Shown here in pieces: positions 63,801 through 64,000 of a DNA stretch of 64,000 nucleotides. The DNA comes from a virus, in the IMG/VR virus record IMGVR_UViG_3300031975_001631; one strand, written 5' to 3'. Position numbers and translations under genes: made by a program. Under the pieces are notes generated by a model that ran no database searches, was not told the DNA's origin, and was given only the letters and a program-made list of their open reading frames with translations. Each line of letters opens with the position of its first letter. The stretch's first letter is position 1.

Positions 63801-64000
63801 TAATGAAGTGGTGTCGATGTTTAAAACAGTTGATGCTTGAGAGTATCCATTTGGAAGAGTGGCTGCAGGACTATATGGGTTAACCGTGAATGTTTCTGTA
63901 GGAGCATTGAATGGTCCTTTCTTATGGTTTGGAGCAGCTAATCTAAATTCAAAAACAGTAGCGCCAATTGTTCCGCGAATTGTTTCTCCAATTTGGAAGG
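60834..64000 (-). CDS. Large virion structural protein (DUF4815/VrlC-like), 5' end beyond the window
   Basis: The frame stays open from 63755 to the window end; DPLAQT, SLDLFF, GSLFKSQNGATW, EDLTFTLYRA. Confidence 0.85.
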   Translation of the reverse strand, partial: FQIGETIRGTIGATVFEFRLAAPNHKKGPFNAPTETFTVNPYSPAATLPNGYSQASTVLNIDTTSLAAQAQGAFFGFAPTGMVMRGLTSGAQATVAGVRLVSDDFGDLIGSIFLRDPNQTPTPQVRIRSGNRDFRLTSSQTNANPLPGSTLISHATGRYTATGTTRVVQTDIRITTLETTTITNLSTIDIRGTIPSPPPPPPPVIINNTRVIDRTRTIIRNRTRVINRTRVVRVRRRDPLAQTIVTGPEGAWITSLDLFFASKNQGTTPVRVEVRTVELGTPTLFVIDRAAQATIRPSDITTSADGSVATNIKFDTPFYLDPDESYAIVILSDSDEYEVYCGEMGQKALNAQSLPAAKGKIYSQQFAMGSLFKSQNGATWTPTQFEDLTFTLYRADYTAEQGLLTFFNPPIEPNNGLLPPLGFDPIVGVPKKGKLGIVTTSNSGLIGTVFTPGRKISEQTSTFRYGHIETKGGPVLGTVGILNGGSNYGTPSAVVPTYNINGDGDGLTLTATVGAGISAITAVSIASSGRGYKVGDVVGLQTASMGGSGSGVRIGINSLGGIDTLYLTDVQAQTFDVAPGNEVTYNHASGSIIATGLDIVSFDATGSVYTGEYFRLSHRNHGMHSSLNRVILSDVESDVVPTELTVDVLSNETAISVASTSQFNTFEGAVVSAANTGYAFINSEILSYTSVGISSLGGVVRGVDATNALNHLKDDIIQKYEYNGVSLRRINAEHDVSSILRGIDDYYLKIDRGSSRSVDDTSNNIPQVSFKEEAAGGGQNVHASKNIQFDAVRPLLDASTFGPTDFISLQMRSVTGTSPDGSETSFIDNGFEDLNLNRINTLETTRLVASRTNESVRLGSLPRNKSFSFTVELANSGDSFNSPTVNLEGANALFYENRLNNPISDYRTDPRVKSRFNDPHASYYMSQPIYTKNPATSIKVIFEARRPIECEFRVLYSILKTDSSEVTPDFELFPGFRNLLDTDGDGIGDQVIDPKQNDGMSDSFVSADDTQYREYTYSVDDLPSFNGLQIKIVFTGTNQAKHPVIKNLRAIAVA

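Noticed and set aside
1-64000. tRNA or rRNA genes
   Set aside because: Intergenic gaps are short and I saw no cloverleaf or T-loop motifs by eye; tRNAscan-SE or ARAGORN would confirm.

Overview
The window is the core genome of a T4-like marine cyanomyovirus (Kyanoviridae-type). The cyanobacterial host is inferred from petE, an ndhP-like gene, hsp20, mazG and the cobS-like ATPase. All supported genes are on the minus strand. In transcription order (high to low coordinate): a truncated large virion protein and a 2260-aa repeat/LamG fibre; neck and tail genes gp13-gp16; an accessory block with petE, an unannotated ndhP-like gene and small membrane proteins; gp17-gp23 and gp3; uvsY, uvsW, gp55, gp47, gp46; a vWA/HEXXH protein with a MoxR-like AAA ATPase; gp45, gp44, Dam, a carbamoyltransferase, gp62, regA; an RNA-structure-rich intergenic region, a ParB-like gene and hsp20; gp43, uvsX, gp41, mazG; and late genes including a HIGH-motif nucleotidyltransferase. 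I saw no tRNA, rRNA, CRISPR array, intron or intein. Family calls come from recognising motifs by eye, not from database searches. Leading hypotheses: (1) a capsid-targeted cargo system, with proteins carrying T4 internal-protein-like MKxFxxFLxE leaders and modules separated by gp21-type (I/L/V)xE sites; (2) a pseudoknot-capable RNA plus a separate short late RNA between regA and the ParB-like gene; (3) a translationally coupled Dam-carbamoyltransferase-arginase-fold insertion in the clamp-loader operon.
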